A DNA stretch of 55,130 nucleotides from a virus (taxonomy: Duplodnaviria; Caudoviricetes), in IMG/VR virus record IMGVR_UViG_3300005613_000080, positions 1-55,130 of that record. The stretch is one strand, 5' to 3'. The position numbers and the translations under genes are program-made. The notes below the pieces were generated by a model. The model was not told where the DNA came from. It worked only from the letters and a program-made list of their open reading frames with translations, and made no database searches. Positions within the stretch are counted from its first letter, which is position 1. Each line of letters opens with the position of its first letter. This document shows positions 44,379 to 54,357 of this stretch, one piece after another.

Positions 44379-45340
44379 CAGGCTTCAGCCGGAACGGCAT
44401 CCATAGCGAATCGAGTAGTCAGAACGCAACGACACTGGATTGTCTCCGATCCCGGAGCGTCAATGTCTCCCGGATATCGGATCAGGTTGCCCGCACCGGA
44501 CAGGAAAGGCTGGCCGATAGGGCGCTGCTGGCCGTGCATGAATGAATGCGAGTTTCGCACCCGTTCGTCCGTGGCGGTGATCCACTCCTGCACCAGCTCG
44601 TCCGCGTCCAATACGCCCTCTGAGATGGCCTGCCGATACGCCTCCTGAGCCCCCTCGTGGACGGATCGAAGGGCCTCCGTGCGAGCAATCACCTCGCTCC
44701 GGTAGCGAATATACCGCTCGCGATAGCGAGCCACCATACGATCCACCTGATCGCTGGTAAGCGGGCGCTCACCCGATACAGCAGCTCGCACACTGGGATC
44801 AAATCGACGGTCGCGCAGCGCCCGCTGGAGCGCAGCCGCGTCTCCCGCCTCCAGCAGTCTGCGGTAGTTCAGCACAGCCTGCGCCTGTCGGCGCGTAAGC
44901 CCAAGGGTCTGGCGGAACAGGAGCGCCTGTTGGCGGGGGTTGAGCCCCTGCGCGATGCCCTCGACCATCGCATATCGAGTGGCGAGTCGCTGCTCACGAG
45001 TGAACTCTCTGACAAGGCGAAGCTGGTTACGCCGCATCATATCGACAGCCCCCTCATTGGTGCGGTCGAAGTTCACAATCACGTTGATCGAGTTTGCGAT
45101 GAACCGCATGGTGTCGTCAGCCGAAGCCAAGAACGACATGGAATAAGCGGTTCCAAGGTTGGCTGCCGCGATCTCAGCAACGACCAACGCCTCATCATAA
45201 CGGCCCGCGGACAAGAGATCTTCGAGCTGCGCCAGCGTCACGCTGTCCGTGATCTGCTGAACCGTCTCAAGGAACCGACGGCGGAAGCTGATAGCTGCTG
45301 CCGCCAGCAGCCCCTCCATCCGTTCTTCGTCGTCTTCCAT
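44378..45340 (-). CDS. MuF/SPP1 gp7-like head morphogenesis protein
   Basis: IARTE, W.TATDERVR.SH..MHGQ, YPGD, IQCRC. Confidence 0.9.
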   Translation of the reverse strand: MEDDEERMEGLLAAAAISFRRRFLETVQQITDSVTLAQLEDLLSAGRYDEALVVAEIAAANLGTAYSMSFLASADDTMRFIANSINVIVNFDRTNEGAVDMMRRNQLRLVREFTREQRLATRYAMVEGIAQGLNPRQQALLFRQTLGLTRRQAQAVLNYRRLLEAGDAAALQRALRDRRFDPSVRAAVSGERPLTSDQVDRMVARYRERYIRYRSEVIARTEALRSVHEGAQEAYRQAISEGVLDADELVQEWITATDERVRNSHSFMHGQQRPIGQPFLSGAGNLIRYPGDIDAPGSETIQCRCVLTTRFAMDAVPAEA

Positions 45341-45714
45341 CAGGCCCTCACGGCAGCAGTGTATGTCGCCGCATCCGGGTCGCGCTCAACCGGACCCACG
45401 ATCTCGAACGTCTGGCCCTCGATCACTACGCGATCATCGGGCTCAGGCACGATGTTGTTCGGCAGCGTGCTGCCCAGGATCAGCACGACTCGCGATCCCT
45501 GCTGAATCGCCGTGCCCGGCGTGCGGCTGGTATCGTAGGTGTCGAGGATGCCGCGACAGGTGTAGGTGCGCGTGCTTGAAGGCTGCGGCCCCGTAAGGTT
45601 CGAGGGATCCACGGGGCGAACAGTCGTCTTCTTCAACAGCACCGGCAGCAGGCTCGGCCCAAGGGCCTTGCCTACCTTCTCCGCGATGCGTGCTCCGAAT
45701 AGATTGTTACCCAT
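45340..45714 (-). CDS. Head closure/head-tail joining protein
   Basis: PEPDDRV...DPDAATY pattern; follows the adaptor. Confidence 0.65.
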   Translation of the reverse strand: MGNNLFGARIAEKVGKALGPSLLPVLLKKTTVRPVDPSNLTGPQPSSTRTYTCRGILDTYDTSRTPGTAIQQGSRVVLILGSTLPNNIVPEPDDRVVIEGQTFEIVGPVERDPDAATYTAAVRA

Positions 45715-46289
45715 CAGGACAGGGGCTCATCAAGATTGTAGGTATCGCAGTTGTCAAACTGCGAGGTGTCCGAAGTCCCGAAGGCCGATGGCGTGCCCTT
45801 GGCGTTCCCGCACAGGTACTCTCGGATGCACTCCATCACAACCACCGGGAATCGCGTGATGCCATCTGTCCCCATCACACCACCCGGACGGAAATACTCG
45901 ATCTCCACACTACCAGCGCGGTATCGCTTATCGTTGCTTCCGGTGTTCTTTGACGTTTCCAGCTCTGCGTTCTGCGACAACTCATAGGCCAGCTCGATGC
46001 AGCCGTTGATGATCCCGGTAGGCACCGTGTCGTCGGCCACCGCGTTGCCGTCAGCGTCCGTGACACCCGTGCGGGGCCACTCCAGCGTTTGCGACGATGC
46101 GGTCTTCGAGCCGATGAAGCACTGCTTGTCGAGGAGTCGCGTAGCGGTGATCAAGGACCGCGCCTTGGTGTCGGTATCGACAGCCTTCCAGCTCAGACCT
46201 GCTCGGACGGAATCGTCCAGGTAGGTGTCCGCCGTGGCGATGTTTGCGTAGCTGTTACCAGATGCTCCGGTCGTGGGCGTACTAGGCAT
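45714..46289 (-). CDS. Head-tail adaptor (DnaT-like family)
   Basis: NSYA....ADTY, LITATR.LD, LEWPR, C.ELA, GS.EIEY. Confidence 0.8.
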   Translation of the reverse strand: MPSTPTTGASGNSYANIATADTYLDDSVRAGLSWKAVDTDTKARSLITATRLLDKQCFIGSKTASSQTLEWPRTGVTDADGNAVADDTVPTGIINGCIELAYELSQNAELETSKNTGSNDKRYRAGSVEIEYFRPGGVMGTDGITRFPVVVMECIREYLCGNAKGTPSAFGTSDTSQFDNCDTYNLDEPLS

Positions 46290-46665
46290 TGTCGATGTTG
46301 GGTTCAATGGTCAGCGTTCCAACAGCAAACACCTCGCTGTTAGCACTGGCGTCCACACCTTCAAGTTCGATGTAGTAGGTGCCAGGGGTGAGGCTCGTGG
46401 TGTCGGCTTCCAAGAGCGTCACATCAACAACCCCACTGGCAGGCGTGATCTTGACCACTTGCGTCGGATCGTCCGTGGTGTTCAGGTCGATGACGGCACC
46501 CGACTCAATGGGATTGCCCGACGCATCCGTTCGCGTAGCCGCCCAGCGGATCGTATACGTTGTGATGTCCAACGCCGCATTTGCGTTGTCTTCGTCGGTG
46601 ACGGTGTAGCGCAGAACCTTGCGGTTGCCTCGGTACACAGTCGCGTTTTGGTCTGTCTTCGCCAT
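46282..46665 (-). CDS. BppU N-terminal-like Ig-fold structural protein
   Basis: RG....L..TV, LDIT, V.L...DT..L.PGTYY.E. Confidence 0.6.
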   Translation of the reverse strand: MAKTDQNATVYRGNRKVLRYTVTDEDNANAALDITTYTIRWAATRTDASGNPIESGAVIDLNTTDDPTQVVKITPASGVVDVTLLEADTTSLTPGTYYIELEGVDASANSEVFAVGTLTIEPNIDNA

Positions 46666-49331
46666 TAGGCTTTGGTGCCTCCGAGGTCGATAATCCCTTC
46701 CGAACTGGCGCTAAGTCCTACACTCATATCAGAGCTGGCCGATAGCGCAATCAGTGTGTCTTTTGAGGCGGCAAGTTCCGCGAGCGTTTTCTTCGTCGCC
46801 ACTAGATCCGTCCTGGTGTTTTTGGAGCCAAAAAGATCCGTGTCCGCGCCAAGAGGGAGGGAATCAAACGACAGCTCCGCGCTAACAGTAGCCGATCCAA
46901 GAACCAGCGCCGACAGATCGCCCGTCGCAACCAGGGTGGTCGTTCCGACAACGGCAAGGCCGTAGACCTGCCCCCCGATGATCGCGATCCCAGCAAGGTC
47001 CGCAGCAGGGACAGTCGCCCCAGCCTGAATGGTGTCCGCCAGCGCCCCAACGCCCACGAGCGAGGCTGCTGCCGACGAAAGCCCAGAGGCCGTTCCCGAG
47101 ATGAGAGCAGTAGCCGCAAACGACGCGGTAACCGCAGCGGAGCCCTGAATGGTTCCAGAGAGGGAGCCCGAACCCGTGAGCGAACCACTGACAGATGCCG
47201 CGCCCGTTGCGGAGCCACTTCGCGAAACAATCGCAACAAGCTCCGCATCCGGGACCACCGCCCCAGCTCGGACCCGATCCACCAGCGCCCCGATTCCGGT
47301 GAGCGCACCGGAGATCGTGGAAGCCCCGGCAATCGTCCCTGAGAGCGAAACTCCTGCCGCGAAGCTGCCTGAGACGGTCGCAACACCCTGGATAAGCCCA
47401 GAGAGCGCCCCCAGGCCGCTGAGAGCGCCCGTAGCCGTGGATGAGCCAAGGGATTGAGCAGAGCCCGAAGCCGTCGCCAGGAGAGCGCCAAGGACCGTAG
47501 CAGAACCCTGAGAGGATCCGACGAGGGTGCCCGTCCCGATCAGCGCCCCGCTCGCGGTCGCCTCCCCGGCGATGGTCGAAGCAAGGATGCCCGCCCCGAT
47601 CAGGGTGCCGCTCGCGGAACCGATACCCTGCACTGTCGAGGAGAGCGCCCCATCCCCAACAATGACCGCCGTGGCCGTTGCCACCCCCGTCAGGGTGCCC
47701 GCAATCGGCTTGATCAAGCCGATGGGGGTGGCATTGACCATCGTTCCGGCAGGCAGCACGCTCGATGCCGTCAGGGTCGCCGAGATCGCCGCGAAGCCGA
47801 TCAGCTCCGATTTGCCGATGATCGCTTCGGCCTGGACAGTTCCAGCGAGCGCCCCGATCGGAGACATCGAAGCCGCCGGAACAGTGGCCGCGCCCTGGAT
47901 CGTTCCGCTGATAGATCCAGGCCGCAATAGCGACGCCACCTCTATCAGATAGAGCGCCGTGTCTCCAGCAGCCCAGGCCGTCGAGGAGTCGGCGGTGGTG
48001 TTCATCGCAAGACCACCCACCTCGAAGTAGGTCCCCGAGAAGTCAAGGACCCCGGCAGCCGATGCTCCAGCAGTCCATGTTCCCGTGGTGGACTGATCTC
48101 CACGGTTCTGGTTGTCCGCCAAACCGTAGGCAACGACTGTAGAGCCGTCGAACCGATACAAGGCGCGAGGACGCTTCCGAGTCGCGTCTACCCCTGTCCG
48201 TACCTGAAGGAAGGTCGTCGCTGCGAAGATCCGCCCAGAGGATGCAGGGGTTACGCGAGACGGGTTCGTTACCGTCGAGTGCGTCCACGCCGAGTCGATC
48301 CAGTCCTGCGTGTCGAACTCGATGGGATCAAAGGTCGCGGAGTTGTGGTCATGGTCCGCGCTTTGTCGCAGCTTGGCGGTATTCGTCCAGCTTCCAAGTT
48401 CGACGATAGTGATGGCCGCCGAGGCGACATCCAGGGTAGCGGTGCCCTCTTGGTCGCAAGCCGCCTCGACCTTGAGCACGCGACTGGAGGCCGACGCAAA
48501 GACAATCGCGATGCCCGACGCAATCCCGTCTTGGACGCCGTTCGTTCCTCGGCAATAAGCGGTGGAGTACGACCCCGGAACCACCGCCCCGTTCCACGAC
48601 AGACGGGCCATGCCGTTGACCCGAACGCTCGAACTCGTGTTGTTGAACTTGACCTGATAGCAGACGAGATACCGCTTTCGGTCGATCAGCGTGATCTCGG
48701 CGGGGTTGACCGTCGTGGAGTGCGAGTACCCGGTCGCCCCGTTGTCAAGCTCGTCCTGGATGCGGAACTGAACGTCCTGCCACTCGAAGGAAGCGCCCGT
48801 TACCGGAGGACTCTCACCGCTCGCATGAGTCAGGCTTTGCGTCGTGGTGTCCCTGAGACGACAGTAGTTGAGATCGTCGTCAAGGCGAATCAGGGACAGA
48901 CCCGATTCGTTCGCTACCTGCGTGCAGGTTGCGCTGCCGGTGTTTGAGTCCGTTCGGGCCTTCTCAATCGACACCTCATCCGTCGCCGATAGATCCAGAA
49001 TCGTGCCCGCGCATTGGGCACTTTCAAAGTCCTGTGTGCGACGGATGTAGCCGGTGCTCCATCCATAGGGCTCGGTCGCCACGTTGTTGACTGCGACACG
49101 CGCAGTCAGCTCAGAGCGGTTGGACCCCGTACCTACATACCCGAGGTTGTAGACAACGAGGTAATGCCCAGCCTCGTTGACCTCGATGGCCTCAGTCGGA
49201 CTGGCGACCCGGTTGAAGGTCGCCGTGTCCTCGTGAACCGTCGTGTCGAAGGTGAACGGCGTGTAGGTCGCTGAGTTGTCGGTGTCCCCAGCAGTCGCCT
49301 CACGGACGATGATTGAGTCGCCTGCTGCCAC
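46665..49331 (-). CDS. Fibre protein with N-terminal beta-sandwich repeats and Gly/Ala/Ser-rich stalk
   Basis: Three repeats beginning xFDT/FRI-x-D..S/NP..I; long G-x-L-x-G-x-I-x-G repeat region. Confidence 0.65.
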   Translation of the reverse strand: MAAGDSIIVREATAGDTDNSATYTPFTFDTTVHEDTATFNRVASPTEAIEVNEAGHYLVVYNLGYVGTGSNRSELTARVAVNNVATEPYGWSTGYIRRTQDFESAQCAGTILDLSATDEVSIEKARTDSNTGSATCTQVANESGLSLIRLDDDLNYCRLRDTTTQSLTHASGESPPVTGASFEWQDVQFRIQDELDNGATGYSHSTTVNPAEITLIDRKRYLVCYQVKFNNTSSSVRVNGMARLSWNGAVVPGSYSTAYCRGTNGVQDGIASGIAIVFASASSRVLKVEAACDQEGTATLDVASAAITIVELGSWTNTAKLRQSADHDHNSATFDPIEFDTQDWIDSAWTHSTVTNPSRVTPASSGRIFAATTFLQVRTGVDATRKRPRALYRFDGSTVVAYGLADNQNRGDQSTTGTWTAGASAAGVLDFSGTYFEVGGLAMNTTADSSTAWAAGDTALYLIEVASLLRPGSISGTIQGAATVPAASMSPIGALAGTVQAEAIIGKSELIGFAAISATLTASSVLPAGTMVNATPIGLIKPIAGTLTGVATATAVIVGDGALSSTVQGIGSASGTLIGAGILASTIAGEATASGALIGTGTLVGSSQGSATVLGALLATASGSAQSLGSSTATGALSGLGALSGLIQGVATVSGSFAAGVSLSGTIAGASTISGALTGIGALVDRVRAGAVVPDAELVAIVSRSGSATGAASVSGSLTGSGSLSGTIQGSAAVTASFAATALISGTASGLSSAAASLVGVGALADTIQAGATVPAADLAGIAIIGGQVYGLAVVGTTTLVATGDLSALVLGSATVSAELSFDSLPLGADTDLFGSKNTRTDLVATKKTLAELAASKDTLIALSASSDMSVGLSASSEGIIDLGGTKA

Positions 49332-49360
49332 GGGACACCAACTTCGGGGTCATCCCCCGA

Positions 49361-49813
49361 TCACGCCTCCTCGACGACCAGAGCCCCGGCGTTGAACTGA
49401 GGAGTGATCCCCGTCGAAACCGCAAGCGAAGCAGACAGCGTTCCGTAGTAAAGCATCTCCCCAGCAGCCGTGCCCGCTGAACTCTTGCAGATGGCGAAGT
49501 GACTGATCGTTGCCGATCCACCAGTGCATTGGGGGAAGGTAATCGCGGCAGCGTTCTCCACTTGCGTCGGAGCCGTACCACTGACCGTCCAGGCACCGGA
49601 GGTACGCGCAACCGCGACACGGGCGTAGCTGCTATAGGTCGTCTCGTTCGTGAAACTAGCCGCCTCACCAGGATCAGCGGTGAACAGCGCGATGTAAATC
49701 GAGCCAGCGGAAGTGGACCCCTGAACTCCAGTCACATCGCCCAGGTTGGCGATGTTGTCGTTGTTGAAGATCAGGGACAGAACGGCGTCCTCGAAGTCAT
49801 TAGTCTTGCTCAT
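49361..49813 (-). CDS. Fibre-associated structural protein
   Basis: YIALFTADPGE, YARVAV, N...ITFP, PQF.AG.L motifs. Confidence 0.7.
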   Translation of the reverse strand: MSKTNDFEDAVLSLIFNNDNIANLGDVTGVQGSTSAGSIYIALFTADPGEAASFTNETTYSSYARVAVARTSGAWTVSGTAPTQVENAAAITFPQCTGGSATISHFAICKSSAGTAAGEMLYYGTLSASLAVSTGITPQFNAGALVVEEA

Positions 49814-51254
49814 CTGTATCCGTGGAAGTCGGTTGCGACTCGGTTATTTCGGCATCCATCGGATCGTCCGTGCCCAGTGCAGCGTCCATATCCGAAGCGA
49901 TCTCAATCGGGCGCGTCAGACCCATCAGGTCACGCACCTCGAAGATTGCAGGGTCATCAGGAGCCAGCACCGCACCAGCTCGCGCCATCTGCTCCAGGCT
50001 CGTCGTGACTTCCTCGACGCTACGGTACTGGAGCTTGTCCGTCTTCACTGTCGGCCTGAGCTTCATATCCCAGCCGTTCAGCTCGAAGATGCGATTCACA
50101 TAATCAGCGGCAAACGCCTCGGCCAGCTCATGCAGCGTCGAGTCGATGATCAGCGCGAAGTTGTGCGACTTCTCCTTCGCCATCGCGAACGAGCCCACCC
50201 CGTTGTCACCCAGGAGTAGCTGCTCGACACCCAGCACACGAGCAATCTCGCGGTTCAAGCGATCCACCGTCCTGGCGATCTCTGCCTGCGTGCTCGACGA
50301 CGCCTTCAGCAGCTCCATGTCCCACTGCTTCGCGTTCGAGGGCCGCTGCGCCTCGTCCTGCGTCTCATACGTCATCGAGTCGAGCAGCAAACCCAGCTTC
50401 GGGTTGCGAATGTGCGACTCCATGAACGTCTTGAGCGGCTGGAGCGTCGCAGCCTTTTGCGCCTCCGACATATCGCCGTTCCGCACAGCTCGATCCAGTT
50501 CAGCCAGCGGAGCACGAGCCAGCGGAATACCTCGCAGATCGCTCTCAAAGCCATAGCCCTCAAGCTGCTCATATCGCTTGAGGCGGCGGCATGACTCCGC
50601 GACGTGCCGGAACAACCCCAGCCCCTCGGGACTGTCGTTCAGGCTGTCATCGACGACATAGATCAACTTCGGTCGCGGCAGGTAGATTTCCGAGTAGTCC
50701 TGCGGACTGCGCTGAAGTACGCCCAGCAGCGTACCGTCAGCAGCCACATCCCACTTCTCAATCGTCTGCTGAGGACGAGGAGCGATGTCCAACAGGCCCA
50801 GGGAGCCATCATCCCGACGCTTCGCCGTCCACTCCTGGATGCTGAACCCGTAAAAGCGGTACATGGCCGCACGACGCACCACACGACGCCACGGCGTCAT
50901 CATGTCCGTCGTCATGTCGGCAAGCAGCTCGGCGTACTCCTCGCCCTGCGGCCCTCCATTTTGCGGAGGCTCGAACTTCCAGCCCGGCTTCGCGACAAGG
51001 TTCAGGAAGTACCGGACGCCCGCCGCGACAATGCTGACGTTCGCCAGCATGTTCGAGTACGTCTCGTACTTCTTGCGACCCTGGAGGTCAGAGTCCCGCT
51101 CCTTCTCCTCGACGTACCCGCCGATGATCGCCGTGCCGGGTGCGCCTGCCGTGACGGTCGGAGGGTACTTACGGCGGGATCGCTCGATACCGCGATCACG
51201 GTACGAGGCGGCGCGCTTGGTGTCGTAGACACCCGCTCCAAAAGTTTCACTCAT
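49800..51254 (-). CDS. Portal protein
   Basis: YGFSIQE, PEGLGLFR, EIARVLG, GSFA; follows terL. Confidence 0.88.
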   Translation of the reverse strand: MSETFGAGVYDTKRAASYRDRGIERSRRKYPPTVTAGAPGTAIIGGYVEEKERDSDLQGRKKYETYSNMLANVSIVAAGVRYFLNLVAKPGWKFEPPQNGGPQGEEYAELLADMTTDMMTPWRRVVRRAAMYRFYGFSIQEWTAKRRDDGSLGLLDIAPRPQQTIEKWDVAADGTLLGVLQRSPQDYSEIYLPRPKLIYVVDDSLNDSPEGLGLFRHVAESCRRLKRYEQLEGYGFESDLRGIPLARAPLAELDRAVRNGDMSEAQKAATLQPLKTFMESHIRNPKLGLLLDSMTYETQDEAQRPSNAKQWDMELLKASSSTQAEIARTVDRLNREIARVLGVEQLLLGDNGVGSFAMAKEKSHNFALIIDSTLHELAEAFAADYVNRIFELNGWDMKLRPTVKTDKLQYRSVEEVTTSLEQMARAGAVLAPDDPAIFEVRDLMGLTRPIEIASDMDAALGTDDPMDAEITESQPTSTDTDEQD

Positions 51255-52762
51255 CCGATTGTCTCCGGCCTAGCAGCCAGGGTGCGCGAACGCCGACGAA
51301 TCAGCTTGCTGTACGCCCGACTCGCGGCATCGACCTGATCCTTGAATCGACCATTAGGGAAGTTCTCAACCTCAGCCAAGAATGCTCCATTCCAAGGAGC
51401 ACGCACAAGGTAGATACTACCCGCTTCTACTTGCGATGCAAATGGACGAGCACGATCCTCTTTGGATCCAGATTCAGGGCTGAACGTGAAGTTGTAGCCG
51501 TCCAACAGAGCCGCAAAATGAGCCATCTGGCTCTTGCCCGCCTGCCCCGGATCCTGCGGGAAATCCTGCACGCAGTTGCGCCCGTCCCTGTCGGCTGCTT
51601 CCTTGATCTTTTGATCAACCTGATGAGCACTCCACTGCCCACGGGATACGTCTTCGATGTAATACGAAACCTTGTCTCCCTGCTCCACGCGCTTCATCCG
51701 AAGGCCCACCGTGTATGCGGCACGCCCATCCCGCGTGGCCGCGAGGTCCCACCCCCTGACCGTGACCCCTCCTCCGGGCACGTCGGCAGGCTCGATCAAC
51801 TGGAAATCATCTCGCTTGAACATCCCGCCCTCGCGGGGCGCGGGCCGCTGCTGGAGCTGACCCGCGACGGCATAGTCCCCGCCCACTGACCGGAACGTCT
51901 TTTCCAGCGCCGTGACCGCCTTCTCCGGGAACCTGTCCGGCCACAGCAGCTCGCCCTCCTCGCTTCGCCAGTCCTCGAAGCCCAAGCTCGTCTTGGACCG
52001 ATAGGGATGCTCCGGCTCGTACCGCATCGGCAAGCACAGGTGCTCCCAGTCGTCCGCCAAGTTCTCGCAGATGTGCCCCGCCACGTCGGCCTCATGCACT
52101 CTCTGCATAATCAGGACCATCGCCGACTTCTCCTGATCGTTCACACGAGTCGGCAACGTCTCGCCAAACCACATAACAGCGGCGGTCCTCTTCGCCTCGG
52201 ACTCGCCCTCCCTGACGTTGTGAGGGTCGTCGATGATGATGAAGTCGCCGCGCTCTCCCGTACCAACGCCTCCGATTGACGTTGCCAGCTTGAAGCCCGT
52301 TGCGCTGTTGCCCAGCTTTTCCTTTCCCCATTCCTTCGCGTCGGGCTGGAAGACATGACCCCAATGCCTCTGGAACCGATCCGACTCGATCAACTTCCGC
52401 ATCTTCGAGTTGTCACGGATCGTCAGGTCTTCCGAGTATGCGAACGCCACGAACCGCGCCCACGGCTTGTGGATCCACGTCCACGTCGGCCAGAACACAC
52501 TCGTCGTCAGCGACTTCATGCAGCCGGGCGGCACGTTGATGTTGATGCGGGTGATGTCCCCCCGCGTCACCGCCTCCAGATGCTCGCACAGCACCTCGAC
52601 CACTCGCCCACGCTTGAACTCGCGGCCCGGCTCCAGCTCGGACCACATGAACTCGACGAACTCGATCAAAGAGTTCTCGGCACGCTTGGCGCGAACCTTC
52701 TCAAGCACCGCATCGGGATCTGACAGCCCAGCAGCAGCGAGCTTCTTGAGAAGGTCCGTCAT
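51251..52762 (-). CDS. terL: Terminase large subunit
   Basis: NVPPGCMKS, IIIDDPH, MQRVHE, GWDLA, DQVDA. Confidence 0.95.
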   Translation of the reverse strand: MTDLLKKLAAAGLSDPDAVLEKVRAKRAENSLIEFVEFMWSELEPGREFKRGRVVEVLCEHLEAVTRGDITRININVPPGCMKSLTTSVFWPTWTWIHKPWARFVAFAYSEDLTIRDNSKMRKLIESDRFQRHWGHVFQPDAKEWGKEKLGNSATGFKLATSIGGVGTGERGDFIIIDDPHNVREGESEAKRTAAVMWFGETLPTRVNDQEKSAMVLIMQRVHEADVAGHICENLADDWEHLCLPMRYEPEHPYRSKTSLGFEDWRSEEGELLWPDRFPEKAVTALEKTFRSVGGDYAVAGQLQQRPAPREGGMFKRDDFQLIEPADVPGGGVTVRGWDLAATRDGRAAYTVGLRMKRVEQGDKVSYYIEDVSRGQWSAHQVDQKIKEAADRDGRNCVQDFPQDPGQAGKSQMAHFAALLDGYNFTFSPESGSKEDRARPFASQVEAGSIYLVRAPWNGAFLAEVENFPNGRFKDQVDAASRAYSKLIRRRSRTLAARPETIG

Positions 52763-52993
52763 TCACTCCTCCTCTCCGTACATCACTCCGCGATGCTCGG
52801 GCCATCCACGATCAAAAGCATCAACAACACACATAGCGCAACAATAGATACCACTAAGGCGGTCAATGTCGAAAACGGAGGTGTCTGCTTCTTCAATATC
52901 TGAAAGAAGCGTGCTGTAGTCACTGACCGTCACAAAATGGCGTGGGTCGATGATTGACCCACACTCAGGGCACGTCGGTCTCGGATCCTCCAC
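52763..52993 (-). CDS. Small Zn-finger protein between terS and terL
   Basis: CPEC...CCAMC; purine-rich RBS before the GTG. Confidence 0.6.
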   Translation of the reverse strand: MEDPRPTCPECGSIIDPRHFVTVSDYSTLLSDIEEADTSVFDIDRLSGIYCCAMCVVDAFDRGWPEHRGVMYGEEE

Positions 52994-53576
52994 CCTCTTT
53001 CCTCTCCTTGACCTTCTCCAGAAACGACTGGAGCTGCTCAAGCTCATCAGGGGTGAGATCCGAAAGGTCGCCAAAGCCCTGGTCGTCCTGCACGTTCTGG
53101 ACGATCTGCTTGTCAGCGAACTCGGGAAGATGGGCTTTCAGTAGTGAATGAAGAAGCGAATCTGAGTATCGCCTCACTTTCGCCGGAACAAGACGCTGCT
53201 CCGGTTCCGGCAAGTGCTCGTCCTCGGGATGGATGTCCAGCGCACGGCGGCCTCGGCTGAAGATGGGCTCGTCAATGCCCTGCACGCCCCGGCGCACCGC
53301 CTCCGACACCAGCGACTCGCGGAAGTAGAGCATCGCCTCCTCGAACTCCCGCTTGAAGTCCGGATCGTCCTTCAGATGTCGCTCGACTGTACCTCGGTGA
53401 ACACCGATCTTGACGTTGGCAACAGCACGGCGACCTGTCTTACGAATGATCTCCAGCCACTCGGCCTGCCTCTTTTGATCAAAGGGGATGCCTAGACAGC
53501 CCGATACGTTGGGGCCTTTTTCGCCCGCGTGGCGATTAGGGCCGCGAGCGCCTTCGGAACCGTGAAGCATTCCCAT
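52965..53576 (-). CDS. terS: Terminase small subunit
   Basis: DDPDF, EAVRRGVQG, YSDSLL..LLKA..PE, DLSDLT.DEL; upstream of terL. Confidence 0.8.
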   Translation of the reverse strand: MGMLHGSEGARGPNRHAGEKGPNVSGCLGIPFDQKRQAEWLEIIRKTGRRAVANVKIGVHRGTVERHLKDDPDFKREFEEAMLYFRESLVSEAVRRGVQGIDEPIFSRGRRALDIHPEDEHLPEPEQRLVPAKVRRYSDSLLHSLLKAHLPEFADKQIVQNVQDDQGFGDLSDLTPDELEQLQSFLEKVKERKEGGGSETDVP

Positions 53577-53581
53577 TGGTC

Positions 53582-53610
53582 TGGACGGTCTCTTCGTGCG
53601 ATGTTATCCT
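53582..53610 (+). promoter_or_regulatory. Sigma70-like promoter on the + strand
   Basis: TGGACG-17 bp-TATCCT with extended TG. Confidence 0.45.
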
Positions 53611-53660
53611 GCGTTCGAGCAGGAGGTGACTTTTATCCGGGTGGGTGAAAGGCCCACGTT

Positions 53661-53690
53661 GGGGGGGAGCTTTATAGCTCCCCTCTTCTA
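53661..53690. terminator. Hairpin downstream of the recombinase and of the putative + strand RNA
   Basis: GGGGAGCT-ttat-AGCTCCCC followed by TCTTCT. Confidence 0.6.
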
Positions 53691-53700
53691 ACGGCGCAGT

Positions 53701-54357
53701 TTACTTGCTACCTGCACGGCGTGCAAGTCGGCGCACCATAGCGGCTTGCCAGGGACCTCCCAGGTGGGTCTTGTACCCCTCCTTGTCCATGCGCTCTGCA
53801 ATCTTGCGGTAGGTCATCCCCCTGTCCCGTAGCTCCGCTGCTCGCTCCGCAACCTGATCGGAATACACCGGGTAGCGGCTGAATCGCTTTCCCTCTGCCC
53901 GGAGCTGGGAGAGGGCCATCCGCGTCCGCTCGCTGATCTGGTCCCGCTCGAACTCTGCCAGGACCGCCAGCATACGGAAGACCATCTTGCCCGCAGCCGT
54001 CGTCGTGTCGATCTTCTCCGACAGCGACACCAGCTCGCACTTGGCCTTCTCCAGCTTCTCGGCCAACCACAGCGTGTGCTTCGTCGAGCGGGACAGGCGA
54101 GAGAGACTGTAAATGACAAGTGCGGCATCCTTGGTCTTCCCGACCTTCTCCAGCGCCTCCAGCAGCGCAGGACGGGTCGAGAGCTTCGTACCTGAGATGC
54201 CCCTGTCCTCGTAGAAGTGGACCTCGGCCTCGGGCGCGTTCAGTGAGACCCAGGCGCGGATCTTCTTCCGCTGGGCGCTCAGGCTGATGCCCTCGCGGGC
54301 CTGCTCCTCGGTCGAGACTCTCAGATAGGCGATGACGTGCTTGATGTGTGTGTCCAT
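53701..54357 (-). CDS. Small serine recombinase (resolvase/invertase family)
   Basis: YLRVSTEEQ, DRGISG, RPAL, LSRLSR, LAEFERDQISERT; short C-terminal DNA-binding region. Confidence 0.93.
   Translation of the reverse strand: MDTHIKHVIAYLRVSTEEQAREGISLSAQRKKIRAWVSLNAPEAEVHFYEDRGISGTKLSTRPALLEALEKVGKTKDAALVIYSLSRLSRSTKHTLWLAEKLEKAKCELVSLSEKIDTTTAAGKMVFRMLAVLAEFERDQISERTRMALSQLRAEGKRFSRYPVYSDQVAERAAELRDRGMTYRKIAERMDKEGYKTHLGGPWQAAMVRRLARRAGSK

Noticed and set aside
53597-53660. tRNA (GTTCGA present)
   Set aside because: No cloverleaf or acceptor stem could be built.
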